Below, one piece after another: positions 9,157 to 18,596 of a DNA stretch of 64,000 nt. Origin of the DNA: a bacterium (GTDB lineage: Bacteria > Patescibacteriota > Minisyncoccia > Phycocordibacterales > UBA5272); assembly GCA_027482685.1 (NCBI GenBank), contig JAIXVU010000001.1:64910-128909 (forward strand), given 5' to 3'. The position numbers and the translations under genes were made by a program. Each line of letters begins with the position of its first letter. Within the stretch, counting starts at the first letter, position 1. The notes below the pieces were generated by a model, which was not told where the DNA came from, ran no database searches, and worked only from the letters and a program-made list of their open reading frames with translations.

Positions 9157-9898
9157 AAAGAGTTATTGCTACCGCATTTGATGCGTTTAAGGATTCTGCG
9201 CGTTTACTTATCGGAATAGAGAGACGAAAATCACACAACTCCTCTGTCATCTTTTGCAAACCTCTACCTTCATTGCCAATAACAATTACTGTATCAGTAT
9301 CAAATTTTGTGGTGTGGAGATTGGTCTCACCAGTCCCTGTTAGTCCATAAATCCAGAAGCTGTCTTTCTTAAGTTTCTCAAGTGTTGTATTAACATTACC
9401 AATTTTTATAATTGGAATAGAGAAGTTCATACCGGATGCACTTTTGATTACACTTCCAGTGAGAGCAACTTGCCCATGGGTTGGCATGAGAATAGCGGAA
9501 GCACCGAATGACACTGCGCTACGAATAATAGCTCCAACATTGTGAGGATCCTCTAATTCATCAAGTACTACGAGGAGTCTAGGAGATGCTGATTTTTTAC
9601 CTAGAATTTTTTCTAGTGAGGTGTAGAGCGTATCAGGAATAAGTGTCGCGCATATCCCTTGATGTACAGTGTCTTTACCGACCATACTCTCTATCTCATG
9701 TATTGTACTTAGTGTGTAAGGTTGGTTATAGGTCTGTAACAGGCTCATTGTGTCAGGATTATCAAGCTCACGTTTAGTGATATAGAGAACATCAATGATT
9801 TGACGAGCTTCACGACGTTGTGCAAGAAGGGCTTCTTTGAGTGGATTTTTACCGTAGAGATATGTATGAGATGACATAGATACTTGCCAGTATAGCAA
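9128..9898 (-). CDS. SpoU/TrmH-family RNA 2'-O-methyltransferase (RlmB-like)
   Basis: A SPOUT C-terminal domain (LVVLDELEDPHNVGAIIRSA...GNEGRGL) follows an N-terminal substrate-binding domain. Confidence 0.75.
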   Translation of the reverse strand: MLYWQVSMSSHTYLYGKNPLKEALLAQRREARQIIDVLYITKRELDNPDTMSLLQTYNQPYTLSTIHEIESMVGKDTVHQGICATLIPDTLYTSLEKILGKKSASPRLLVVLDELEDPHNVGAIIRSAVSFGASAILMPTHGQVALTGSVIKSASGMNFSIPIIKIGNVNTTLEKLKKDSFWIYGLTGTGETNLHTTKFDTDTVIVIGNEGRGLQKMTEELCDFRLSIPISKRAESLNASNAVAITLYEWYKQNKY

Positions 9899-9942
9899 AT
9901 ATATGATGTTTTGAGAAGGTATCTATCTATGGAGTTGGTATC

Positions 9943-9981
9943 TAAGAAACACGCGACGCCGTAGGCGTCGCGTGTTTCTTA
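9943..9981. terminator. GC-rich perfect hairpin (15-18 bp stem, 3-nt loop) acting as a putative bidirectional terminator
   Basis: GAAACACGCGACGCC-GTA-GGCGTCGCGTGTTTC was read directly. It lies downstream of the 10016..10582 gene and upstream of the methyltransferase gene. Confidence 0.5.
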
Positions 9982-10015
9982 TAAACTAGATATCTCACTT
10001 CTCGTGTAACAAATC

Positions 10016-10582
10016 TTAGTATGCTGTAAAGTTAACTGTAGATGGAGGGACGAAGTCCTTTTCACTAACAGTAGCGACTTCACAGTCATAATCCCCTATT
10101 TGTTCTGGGTTCCATATGTTACCTTTTACACTAGTATCTCCAGTTGGTTGACCTTCCGCATTATTTTTAAATTTAAAGCCCATCGTTGGCATAACCGATG
10201 TCCATGTGTAGGTAAATCCACCTGTAACAATGAAGTTTACTATTACTGATTTTCCTTCTGCTTGAGTTGCTATTTCACCTTTTACATTATCACCACGTAT
10301 GTATACGATACCCTTAGTTGATGTGGTGCCTGAGTTTTCGTTAATAGTACATTTATATGCTCCGCCTTGCTTAATAAACTGAGCAAACGACATCTTTTTC
10401 TCAGCAGGCACTGCTTGGGATGTTGTTGATGATAACGTAGTAGTGCTTGTATTTATACTAGGATTGGTAGTCACTTGCTCTACTTCTTCGTTAGTATTGT
10501 TAGAATTTGTATAATAATATCCGCCGAACGCAATTATTCCAATAATGATAATTCCTACGATTGATTTTCCTAGTGTTGTCAT
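10016..10582 (-). CDS. Hypothetical secreted/membrane-anchored protein
   Basis: An N-terminal TM helix (IVGIIIIGIIAFGGYYY) is followed by a Thr/Ser-rich linker and a beta-rich C-terminal domain. No recognisable family. Confidence 0.5.
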   Translation of the reverse strand: MTTLGKSIVGIIIIGIIAFGGYYYTNSNNTNEEVEQVTTNPSINTSTTTLSSTTSQAVPAEKKMSFAQFIKQGGAYKCTINENSGTTSTKGIVYIRGDNVKGEIATQAEGKSVIVNFIVTGGFTYTWTSVMPTMGFKFKNNAEGQPTGDTSVKGNIWNPEQIGDYDCEVATVSEKDFVPPSTVNFTAY

Positions 10583-10770
10583 ACGTATAAGTATACTCTT
10601 TTTAGAAAAAATTATGCAATACCCGTGTGCACGTCTGTATGACCGAGAGATTCTAACTCCGTATCATCTGGTGGTACAAGAGTTGTCATTCCCATGTACA
10701 CAATAAGAATTGCAGTTGCAATAAACGCTAGAATTTTAAGTACACGAAAGATCATAGAATTATAATAAAA

Positions 10771-11079
10771 TTATTTTTTAATAAGCACCTCGACGCTAGT
10801 TGTTGCAATATCTCCGCGTATATTCATAAATCTTATACCAGACGGTGTGATACATACTTCACGTCCTTCATATACCAATTGATATCCCTTTTGTTTACAG
10901 CTATCAAAGTTAGTAACAGTATTTTGTATCGGCAAGCTGACATCTTGAAGTGCGTTACCGCTTGCATAAAGTATCAAAAGCCCACCTATGAGTAGACCTG
11001 CAACGAGACTGTATCCAATAGTTCTAAAAAAATTATTCATAGTGTTACTAGAAATTATTTCAGCATATAAATAGCACAC
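10771..11079 (-). CDS. Hypothetical small membrane protein
   Basis: A single TM helix (LVAGLLIGGLLILYA) is present, and the ORF is in tandem with its neighbours. Confidence 0.4.
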   Translation of the reverse strand: MCYLYAEIISSNTMNNFFRTIGYSLVAGLLIGGLLILYASGNALQDVSLPIQNTVTNFDSCKQKGYQLVYEGREVCITPSGIRFMNIRGDIATTSVEVLIKK

Positions 11080-11513
11080 TTGGTAAATAATTCACTTTCT
11101 TGAAAAGAAATAACATCTGCATATTTTTTGCTGAATACTTCACAATATGCGTTTACTTCGCCATTTTCTTCAACTAGTGCATTATTGCGCAAAGCATCTA
11201 ACCAATCTGATAAACACTCCCTATACACAACACCATTTGGTTCATAAAAAGGACAACGTTTATCAATAACATCTGTTGCATAGGTTACGAACGTAGCATC
11301 TGTTATACCATCGTACAGAGAATTGCCTTTTGTTGTCGTTGCATTTGGGATTGTAGCGGGTGGATTCTTTTTTACTTCCTTTTTGGTTACTGTTGGTGGT
11401 TGTGGGGACTTCTCAGTAGTAAAGTTAATAGTATAAAGTTGCAACCCAAGGATCGCAATCAAAAGAAGTGCGATAAAAGAAAGCAATACCTTAACTGATC
11501 TTTGTGTTCTCAT
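11055..11513 (-). CDS. Hypothetical membrane-anchored protein
   Basis: An N-terminal TM helix (LLSFIALLLIAILGL) and a Cys-containing extracytoplasmic domain are present. The ORF overlaps its neighbour by 25 nt, consistent with an operon. Confidence 0.45.
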   Translation of the reverse strand: MRTQRSVKVLLSFIALLLIAILGLQLYTINFTTEKSPQPPTVTKKEVKKNPPATIPNATTTKGNSLYDGITDATFVTYATDVIDKRCPFYEPNGVVYRECLSDWLDALRNNALVEENGEVNAYCEVFSKKYADVISFQESELFTKCAIYMLK

Positions 11514-11560
11514 AAGCTAATACTATTAGTATACAACTAATAACATTCATCTCTACTATG

Positions 11561-12286
11561 CTACTTTCCTTCAAAGGATACTTCCTTGAAATACCCTTGC
11601 AAAAAAAGTCCTTTTGCAATGTCTGCAGGTTTATTCCTATAGAGTACTAGATAGGTGGCTGGTAGCTCTTCTGCGACTTTTAGAACTCTATGGATATAAC
11701 TTACTGAGGTATCTTTCTCTGCATACATCATATGATGAGTATGTGCTACTGTATAGGCGAGGTCGTTTTCTACATCATCGTACTCCCTTGCATAAAGTCT
11801 AGTAATACTGTGATCGGTTGTAGCTAAAGTAAATGTTTCATCATCAAGGTATGGTGTAATAGTTGTGATGTTAGACTTTTGAAATATAGAAAGTAATGTA
11901 AGAAACTCTTTGTCAGAAAGAGTGTTCTCTAGTATGAAGAAGATTCGTATGTTGTAATCATAGAGCTTTTGAAATAGATGCGACATAACAATTTCATGAT
12001 ATCTAAATATCATTTCACTATCATCATCACTTTCATCTAGCGCGTGAAGGTAGAGCTCATTTATTCCAACTAGTACATCTTGTTTAAGGACAGCCTTATC
12101 AATATGAGTAGTTGCAAAGTACTCATCTATCTCGTCAGTGTGTGATGTTAGATATGTTTCTATTACCTGATCTTTTTCTTCATCTGTAATTTCTAGTAGG
12201 TTCAGTTTTGCTATTTGATCTTTGTATGTATAGAAGTGATTGATACACACAAGGAAGATATTAGGATTTGTATGATCTGATTGCAT
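11561..12286 (-). CDS. Hypothetical acidic cytoplasmic protein
   Basis: A 241-aa ORF with good coding appearance and no recognisable motif. Confidence 0.45.
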   Translation of the reverse strand: MQSDHTNPNIFLVCINHFYTYKDQIAKLNLLEITDEEKDQVIETYLTSHTDEIDEYFATTHIDKAVLKQDVLVGINELYLHALDESDDDSEMIFRYHEIVMSHLFQKLYDYNIRIFFILENTLSDKEFLTLLSIFQKSNITTITPYLDDETFTLATTDHSITRLYAREYDDVENDLAYTVAHTHHMMYAEKDTSVSYIHRVLKVAEELPATYLVLYRNKPADIAKGLFLQGYFKEVSFEGK

Positions 12287-12331
12287 GTGTACGTAGTATA
12301 CTATGCACTATTTTGTTAGATAGGTTTTGTT

Positions 12332-13258
12332 CTACTTTTCTTTATAGAGGTCTTGGTTGAATCCTCCTACCCCCACGTGCTCCATCTGACCATCATCATA
12401 GATAATGTGTTCGTATGGCATACAGTGGATACACCCCCCTGCCTTTGTATCATCATTATATGTTCCTTTTGGACAGGCAAATGTTTGTTCACCTTCACGC
12501 TTAGCTTGTACCCGCATTTCTTTTACTTGTAATGCGACATCAAATACAGCATTAAATGCTTCGTCTTTATTTGGTAGTGTAACTTCTACCATCTTGTCAC
12601 TCTCTAGATACCAGTAACTTGCTTTTGTTACAGTTCGACCTTGAAGAGCATTACAGAGAAGGAGATAGATCGGAAGCTGTAGCGATCCATCCCTCTCCTC
12701 ATGCTTTCCGGTTTTGAAATCTACAATATGGAGTGAGTCAGTATCTGGCAGATATTCTATCCAGTCAACAAGGCCGTTGAGAATGATGTTGTGATCTTCG
12801 CTTAGATAAAAGTTCGGTGCCATCGTCTCACGCTTGAGCTTGATGCATTTGTTCGGTAAGAATCGTGGATTCTTGATAACATTGTTGATCATCTCTTTGC
12901 CACGCATTTTGAATTGTTCTTCTTCATCTAATGATGAGAAGCCACCGATAGGACCAGAGACTTTGAGCCACGCTTCTTCAAAGCGTGCACGCAAGTCTCT
13001 GTCCATACGCTCGTGTGATGGGTAGTTAGCAAGATCTTCCAAGACTTCATGGGCCGCAATACCAAGCGACATATGTGGAGATATGATAGATATTTTCCTC
13101 CCGTTTTTATTTTTATAGACATTGTGCAGGTAGTAGAGTCGCGGACATTTGAGAAAGTCTCCCATAGATGAATGCGACACCCACACAGCTGAGTACTTAT
13201 CAGGCATAGTAAGTAGAGTATAGCAAAAACCTCTACATACTATGAACAATAGCCACAT
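12332..13258 (-). CDS. PD-(D/E)XK nuclease with a C-terminal Cys cluster (Cas4 / AddB-nuclease-domain-like); the likely start is internal (MPDKYS...)
   Basis: The RecB-family motif IVDFKTGKHEE and the Cys set FACPKG...GGCIHC (an Fe-S ligand pattern as in AddB/Cas4) are present. The same DFKTGK motif occurs in the neighbouring helicase-nuclease. Confidence 0.7.
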   Translation of the reverse strand: MWLLFIVCRGFCYTLLTMPDKYSAVWVSHSSMGDFLKCPRLYYLHNVYKNKNGRKISIISPHMSLGIAAHEVLEDLANYPSHERMDRDLRARFEEAWLKVSGPIGGFSSLDEEEQFKMRGKEMINNVIKNPRFLPNKCIKLKRETMAPNFYLSEDHNIILNGLVDWIEYLPDTDSLHIVDFKTGKHEERDGSLQLPIYLLLCNALQGRTVTKASYWYLESDKMVEVTLPNKDEAFNAVFDVALQVKEMRVQAKREGEQTFACPKGTYNDDTKAGGCIHCMPYEHIIYDDGQMEHVGVGGFNQDLYKEK

Positions 13259-13340
13259 AACCTTGACAAAATGCGATTATATATACTGTTTTCGTCTTTC
13301 AAGACAAGACGTTCATTAACAAATGCTCAAGGAGAGCAAT

Positions 13341-13955
13341 ATGCAAAAGCAGATCAAGGAAGTTTCCATCTGGGGCGGTCTGATCATCGAGTGCCTCAAG
13401 AAGATGAAAGCTGTTGCCCTTCAAGGCAATGTCATCGCCAAGCAGGAGCTGAACGGTGTCATCGTTCTCGTCGAAGGCAACTCCGACGTGGACCTGCTGT
13501 TCCGCGACCAACAACGTGCGCAGTCGGGTTACATCGACGGCCTCGTTGGCCCTCATTCGAAAGCAGAACTTTCTGCCGACGACATCGCCAACGATCAGCG
13601 TATCCGTGAAGCCAACGAAGCACGTTGGGCGAAGGAAAGCGCTGAACGGAAAGTGATCCAAGACCAGAAGGAACGTGAATTCTTCGCCGAAATCAGTACC
13701 TGCCCTACGATGGATCGCGACGAAGCCAAGTGGCAAGAAGGCATCAAGGCGCAGAAAGGCGACGGCTACGGCCTCGCGGTCTACACCTACGCCGAGTACT
13801 TGGCACGTCTGATGCAGAAGAAAATGGCCGAGGGCTACAAGCTCGAAGCTGTCGCCGACGAGTGCTCCAACAAGGCCGACATCCCGTGTGGCATCTCGGG
13901 ATTTATGTACGGCTGTGCTGTGTCCTCTCTGGCGAACTGCTGGAAGCACGGCTAA
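13341..13955 (+). CDS. Hypothetical protein of foreign (GC-rich) composition, inserted between the AddA-like gene and its nuclease partner
   Basis: The Shine-Dalgarno AAGGAGAG lies 5 nt before the ATG at 13341, a TTGACA box sits at 13262-13267, and there is a strong terminator at 14091-14123. GC is about 57%. The antisense 252-aa ORF is rejected. Confidence 0.6.
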   Translation: MQKQIKEVSIWGGLIIECLKKMKAVALQGNVIAKQELNGVIVLVEGNSDVDLLFRDQQRAQSGYIDGLVGPHSKAELSADDIANDQRIREANEARWAKESAERKVIQDQKEREFFAEISTCPTMDRDEAKWQEGIKAQKGDGYGLAVYTYAEYLARLMQKKMAEGYKLEAVADECSNKADIPCGISGFMYGCAVSSLANCWKHG

Positions 13956-14090
13956 GAACTCCGTGTCTGGCACAACAAGAAGTACCAACTCAAGGACGAA
14001 GGTGACAAGGCAAACGCCTCTGGCGGTGTCCTGAACCCTGCGCTCCTTTCTTATCAATTGATTTCTTAAGAAATCTCGTCACTGACGAAT

Positions 14091-14123
14091 ACCGCTCGCA
14101 ATATCTTGCGAGCGGTTCTTTTA
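14091..14123 (+). terminator. Intrinsic terminator (CCGCTCGCAA-TATC-TTGCGAGCGG followed by TTCTTTT)
   Basis: Read directly from the sequence, 135 nt downstream of the stop at 13955. Confidence 0.6.
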
Positions 14124-14278
14124 TGTCCTACTACTCACACAACTTTTCTATGAGAATTGCCTTGCACAGTGCGACGGCGCGAGCAGAGCAAAAAGCTAGC
14201 AAGCTTTTATGCGTGCAATTCGATGGAAAAGTTAAAAAAGAATTTCACGAAATGTTCATTGTATCGAATCACTTAAAT

Positions 14279-14593
14279 CTATTTCGAAATATCCAAAACA
14301 TCTTGCACGTTCCAGTTATTTTTCTTTAGTTCATTTATCGCATCTATGATCTCTTGCTGATTGCTACCATATACCTTAAACGTCTGCTTGCTACTATTTA
14401 CTACTACAACCATTTCAAAAGTTTCGTTATTTAGTTTTTTTAACTTCACGCTTTTCCCACGCGCCTTTACGTTAGCTTCTATAACACCAGGAGAAACGTA
14501 GGCCTGTATTTTTTTAAGAATCTTAAGGATATCTTTCGCACCTTCTATTGTCGTTGTGTGCGTTCCTCGTTCGTTGATGTGCATCTTTTCCAT
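14279..14593 (-). CDS. Hypothetical small protein (104 aa), likely co-transcribed with the helicase-nuclease
   Basis: It starts 6 nt after the upstream gene's stop, and its composition is like that of the backbone genome. Confidence 0.45.
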   Translation of the reverse strand: MEKMHINERGTHTTTIEGAKDILKILKKIQAYVSPGVIEANVKARGKSVKLKKLNNETFEMVVVVNSSKQTFKVYGSNQQEIIDAINELKKNNWNVQDVLDISK

Positions 14594-14598
14594 AATAC

Positions 14599-17500
14599 TT
14601 ATATTCTACCCTCTATCAAATCATCTTCAAACTGTAACAACCCCTTATAACTTTCGCCATAGGCACTGAGATCAGGCACGATATCAAGGGTTACTATTTT
14701 TTTGTATACGGCTTGTACTAGTTTCTTAGTACGTTCTATTTCTGCTTCGTCAGCATCAAGTACTAGTTCTGTGAACTTCTTCTCTTCTACGAACCAAAGT
14801 GAGAGTTTACCAACGGGGTAGTCTCTGTAATGAATAGAATTCTCAAGGAGAAGTTTGTATACAATGAGCTGTTGGCGATACTTATGAAGCTTGATTTTGT
14901 CACTATCAGTTTTTCCTTCATCCCACCGAGTAAATGCTTTACCGGTTTTAAAATCTACAACATGGTATCGCTTATCTCGTAGTTGTAGTAAATCAAGTTT
15001 TCCGATGATATGAGCTTCCCCTATCATCACACCTTCATCACGCATATCTACCTCTATCTTGTCGTCTTGTGTGAACATACCATCAGTCATCTGATAGAGA
15101 CTTGCTAGCACTTCTTCTCCACGAGAGGATTGCTTGGTGACTTCATACGACGGCAATCTACCACGCGAGAGCTCTTTCTTAAAAATTATCATGAGATGTT
15201 CCATAGATGGATGCTTGCCATCGTTATACTTTGGATACATAACTAACTCTTCAAGTGCTTTGTGTATTGCGGATCCATACACACCGGACGGGTTCATCGG
15301 TTGAGGAAATCGTAAAAGATTCTGCTCAATGAAGTATAACGGCCCTCCGTCTTTGATATTAGTGAAGTTATTAAGGTGAGTAACTGGCATCTTGTAATTC
15401 TGTACGAGACGCTTAAGAAGAGCCCACTCATTCTCCTTAAATGGTGTTTTATAAAGCGAAAGCGCACTCTCATGAGCCTCAACCGGCATATCAGATGTTG
15501 CAAGTAACTCACCAGCTGGCAGATATCTCACAGGAGTATCATGGCTCGTTAGATGAAGTGTATGCTTAGCGCGAGTTATCGCAACATAGAGCAATCGGAT
15601 GAAGTCGTCCTCAGTATCTCCAGCTGGTTGCATGAGTGGTACAAGAGGTGATGGGAGTGGGGCGATGTTGGTCTTTGGAGCTCGTGTCCATGAGCTATCG
15701 TGGACTGATATCAGATACACCACCTCAAATTCTAAACCCTTTGACGCATGTGCAGTCATCAGTTGTACGGAGTTCTCATGCTTCATAAATGGTGACTCAC
15801 TAACAAGAGCAATCTCATGATCTATATGCATCTGAACGAATGGTTCTACATCAGTCACATAAAGCGTCTCCCCTTCTTTCCAGACACGAAGAGATTCGAT
15901 AAATGTCTTAAGTGATGCAAGGAATGCGACGTACGTCGTCGGACTCTTCTGTATAAGTTCTCTAGAAAAATAATAATTCTTGAAACCGCTTCCTTCCATG
16001 AATTTTTCTAAAATATGTTCAAGTGGTGTGGATTCACTTTCAATTGTTAACTGAGCAAAGAGTTTGCCGAGAGTTTGTAGTTTAGTATCTGTTGTTGTTA
16101 TGAGCATCTCAGTCCATGTCATATGTGACTCTTTAGCAGTAACAGCAAGAGTAAACAATGTCTCACGGTCAATCTCGAAGCATGTATGCGATAGAAGATG
16201 TGGCAAAATGTGATCCTTGGTACTTTCATTACGAAGAACTGATGAGATGTATGATGAGAACTCTATGAGAATCTTCACATGAGGCTCATCAAACACATTT
16301 GCCTTCTTTATATACTCATACGGAATGTCTGCTCTATCTAAGTATGGGAGTATCGCACGTAGCTCTTTATGTCCACGACTAAGTATCGCTATCTCCTGTG
16401 CTGGAATACCGGCATCTAGTTGTGCGCGGATACTACGAGCAATATGTGTGTATTCTTCTACATCAGAGGATGATTGTAGTATGTGTATACCCCCACCTTT
16501 TAATGAACTATTTTTTGCGGTTAGAATTTTTTGGATATCATCATATTTGTTTTCTAGCCTTCCTTTACCTTGTGTGATGAGTGTACGAGCAAGATCAAGG
16601 ATAGGCTGTGTTGAGCGATAGTTTTTATCAAGCACTATGGTTGTTACGTCTTTGTAGAGAGCATCTCGGAAGCGCATTATATGTGAAATCTCCGCACCTT
16701 GGAACTTGTATATCGCCTGATCATCATCTCCTACTACACAGACATTTGGTCGCCCTTCGTGTACTCTGTTACTGCTAATGTGACGCACTAGTAACATCTG
16801 AGCCTCATTGGTATCTTGGAACTCATCTATCATAATGTACTGATATTGTTCTTCAAGACTATTACGAAGTATCTCGTTATCGGCAAGTGCATGTACCACC
16901 TCAATTATCATATCGTCGTAGTCATAGAGTGCACGTTTATACATCTCCTCGCTGTATTTTGTATAGAGCTCTGCAACCGCGAATATCTTTTCTTTGTTAT
17001 GACCATCTTTGAGTATCCATACACTATCTACTTTTACCATAAACTTGTCTCTCCAGTCAGCAAGCGGCTCAGTCTTTTCTAACACTTCAGATGCTTCTAT
17101 CGCAGAAGTAAGCGTTGAAGCTAGGTAGAGTGATGTAGTACCTGCGAGATATTGTAATGAGTTGGCAATTTCGGTTAATACGTGTAGGTTTTTTATTGAT
17201 AATCTTTCTGGCCAAGTGGTAAGAATAGTATTTATGCTCTCATATTCCTCAGGAAGTTTACGTATAACTGCAAGGTATTCTTCTGCTGTATATCCGTAAC
17301 TTTTGATATGTTTTATTCTATCCTTTACATGACTTAGATATGAGTAGCCCATCTCTGGGTGAAAGCTCGCGAGCGGATGTCCGTGTGGAAGCGTGGCAAA
17401 AATCGACTGGAGTATCTCTGCGCGTGCTACGTCATTTGCCTGTGAGAAGTGTGATGCTTTCCAAAAATATTCTGGGAATCTCGCTATAATATGATTACAA

Positions 17501-17796
17501 AATCCATGAAAGGTAAATATTGAAACTCTATACGCATCCGCTCCAATTAACCCATGCAATCGTTCTCGCATATTAGTAGCGCCATTATCTGTAAAAGTAA
17601 GACATAGAATATTCTTAGGCGACACGTCACGAGAGCGTAAGATATTACCAACGCGGAGTGATAACAGCTCTGTTTTACCACTTCCTGGACCTGCTATTAC
17701 CATCACAGGACCATCTATTGTCTCAACAGCTAATCGTTGTTCGTTGTTAAGTGTGGCGAGACGTGCATCAAATGATTGTGGTTTACTTTTTTCCAT
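14599..17796 (-). CDS. UvrD/PcrA-like superfamily-1 helicase fused to a C-terminal PD-(D/E)XK nuclease (AddA-like helicase-nuclease)
   Basis: Walker A is AGPGSGKTELL, helicase motifs run through the protein, and the C-terminal nuclease motif is HVVDFKTGKA. The length is 1065 aa. Confidence 0.8.
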   Translation of the reverse strand: MEKSKPQSFDARLATLNNEQRLAVETIDGPVMVIAGPGSGKTELLSLRVGNILRSRDVSPKNILCLTFTDNGATNMRERLHGLIGADAYRVSIFTFHGFCNHIIARFPEYFWKASHFSQANDVARAEILQSIFATLPHGHPLASFHPEMGYSYLSHVKDRIKHIKSYGYTAEEYLAVIRKLPEEYESINTILTTWPERLSIKNLHVLTEIANSLQYLAGTTSLYLASTLTSAIEASEVLEKTEPLADWRDKFMVKVDSVWILKDGHNKEKIFAVAELYTKYSEEMYKRALYDYDDMIIEVVHALADNEILRNSLEEQYQYIMIDEFQDTNEAQMLLVRHISSNRVHEGRPNVCVVGDDDQAIYKFQGAEISHIMRFRDALYKDVTTIVLDKNYRSTQPILDLARTLITQGKGRLENKYDDIQKILTAKNSSLKGGGIHILQSSSDVEEYTHIARSIRAQLDAGIPAQEIAILSRGHKELRAILPYLDRADIPYEYIKKANVFDEPHVKILIEFSSYISSVLRNESTKDHILPHLLSHTCFEIDRETLFTLAVTAKESHMTWTEMLITTTDTKLQTLGKLFAQLTIESESTPLEHILEKFMEGSGFKNYYFSRELIQKSPTTYVAFLASLKTFIESLRVWKEGETLYVTDVEPFVQMHIDHEIALVSESPFMKHENSVQLMTAHASKGLEFEVVYLISVHDSSWTRAPKTNIAPLPSPLVPLMQPAGDTEDDFIRLLYVAITRAKHTLHLTSHDTPVRYLPAGELLATSDMPVEAHESALSLYKTPFKENEWALLKRLVQNYKMPVTHLNNFTNIKDGGPLYFIEQNLLRFPQPMNPSGVYGSAIHKALEELVMYPKYNDGKHPSMEHLMIIFKKELSRGRLPSYEVTKQSSRGEEVLASLYQMTDGMFTQDDKIEVDMRDEGVMIGEAHIIGKLDLLQLRDKRYHVVDFKTGKAFTRWDEGKTDSDKIKLHKYRQQLIVYKLLLENSIHYRDYPVGKLSLWFVEEKKFTELVLDADEAEIERTKKLVQAVYKKIVTLDIVPDLSAYGESYKGLLQFEDDLIEGRI

Positions 17797-18385
17797 GAAT
17801 AGAAGCGAGATTTTCTAGTTCTTCAATGCCTGTCATTAGACGAGAAATTAAAAGATGATCATCACCTAACTTTTTACGGACGATACTGTGAACTTCTTTG
17901 TGATACCATATAGTGCTATCTAGCCCAGACGCAAATGTTTTTAGAAAAACATCATTATCATGGACTGCGCCATGGATAATACTCTCTGTATTGTGAATTT
18001 TATCTGCGAGTGATACTAACGCACTTTCGGTTGTTCCACCTTCTAGTTTTTTTAGATACACTTGTTTACGTGTAAGCCACGGAAGCTGTTCATTTTTGGT
18101 CTTATTAGCATCAAGAGGTTCTGTTACGTTATAAACAATATCCGCAACACGCTTGCCGCAATCTTGTACGAGATTATCATACGTGTAATTAGGCACATCT
18201 TCTAGTGCGTCGTGCATGAGCCCTGCGATGATAACATCTTCATCAGTTGTCACTTCACGTAGCAACATTGCAACAGCAACCAGATGACTGATGTATGGAG
18301 TATTGTGGCTGTCTTTTCGTGATTGGGTGTGATGGAGACGAGATGCAAGTTTGATTGCTTGATTAATTCGTGGAGTAAAATGCAT
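17783..18385 (-). CDS. HD-domain protein resembling the RelA/SpoT (p)ppGpp hydrolase domain (small alarmone hydrolase-like)
   Basis: HLVAVAMLL...IIAGLMHDALEDV matches the SpoT hydrolase HD motif. It overlaps the start of the AddA-like gene by 14 nt. Confidence 0.55.
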   Translation of the reverse strand: MHFTPRINQAIKLASRLHHTQSRKDSHNTPYISHLVAVAMLLREVTTDEDVIIAGLMHDALEDVPNYTYDNLVQDCGKRVADIVYNVTEPLDANKTKNEQLPWLTRKQVYLKKLEGGTTESALVSLADKIHNTESIIHGAVHDNDVFLKTFASGLDSTIWYHKEVHSIVRKKLGDDHLLISRLMTGIEELENLASIHGKK

Positions 18386-18596
18386 ATAGTCTTAGTATAC
18401 CAAATATACAGGTAAGATGTCAGAGTGGGATAGTATACTTTTAATAAACGTCTCCACTATTGATAAAAATGGTAAGTTATAGTAGTATAGAAATGGATTT
18501 TGTAAAGATTGACTTTTCTAAGCGATGTTTTGTTACAACGCCTTATGAGGCAAAGGAGATGACGCATGCAAGATACTTCACTACCCCCCCTACATC

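Noticed and set aside
10612-10755. 47-aa minus-strand small membrane ORF in the 10583-10770 gap
   Set aside because: It has a hydrophobic, plausible product but no Shine-Dalgarno site or other support. It is too weak to report as a feature.
13299-14057. 252-aa minus-strand ORF and further + strand ORFs (13271..13609, 13456..13656, 13730..14005) overlapping the 13341..13955 gene
   Set aside because: These are antisense and frame-shifted artefacts of high GC. They lack an RBS, and the antisense product is dominated by L/V/R, whereas the chosen frame has balanced composition plus an SD site and terminator.
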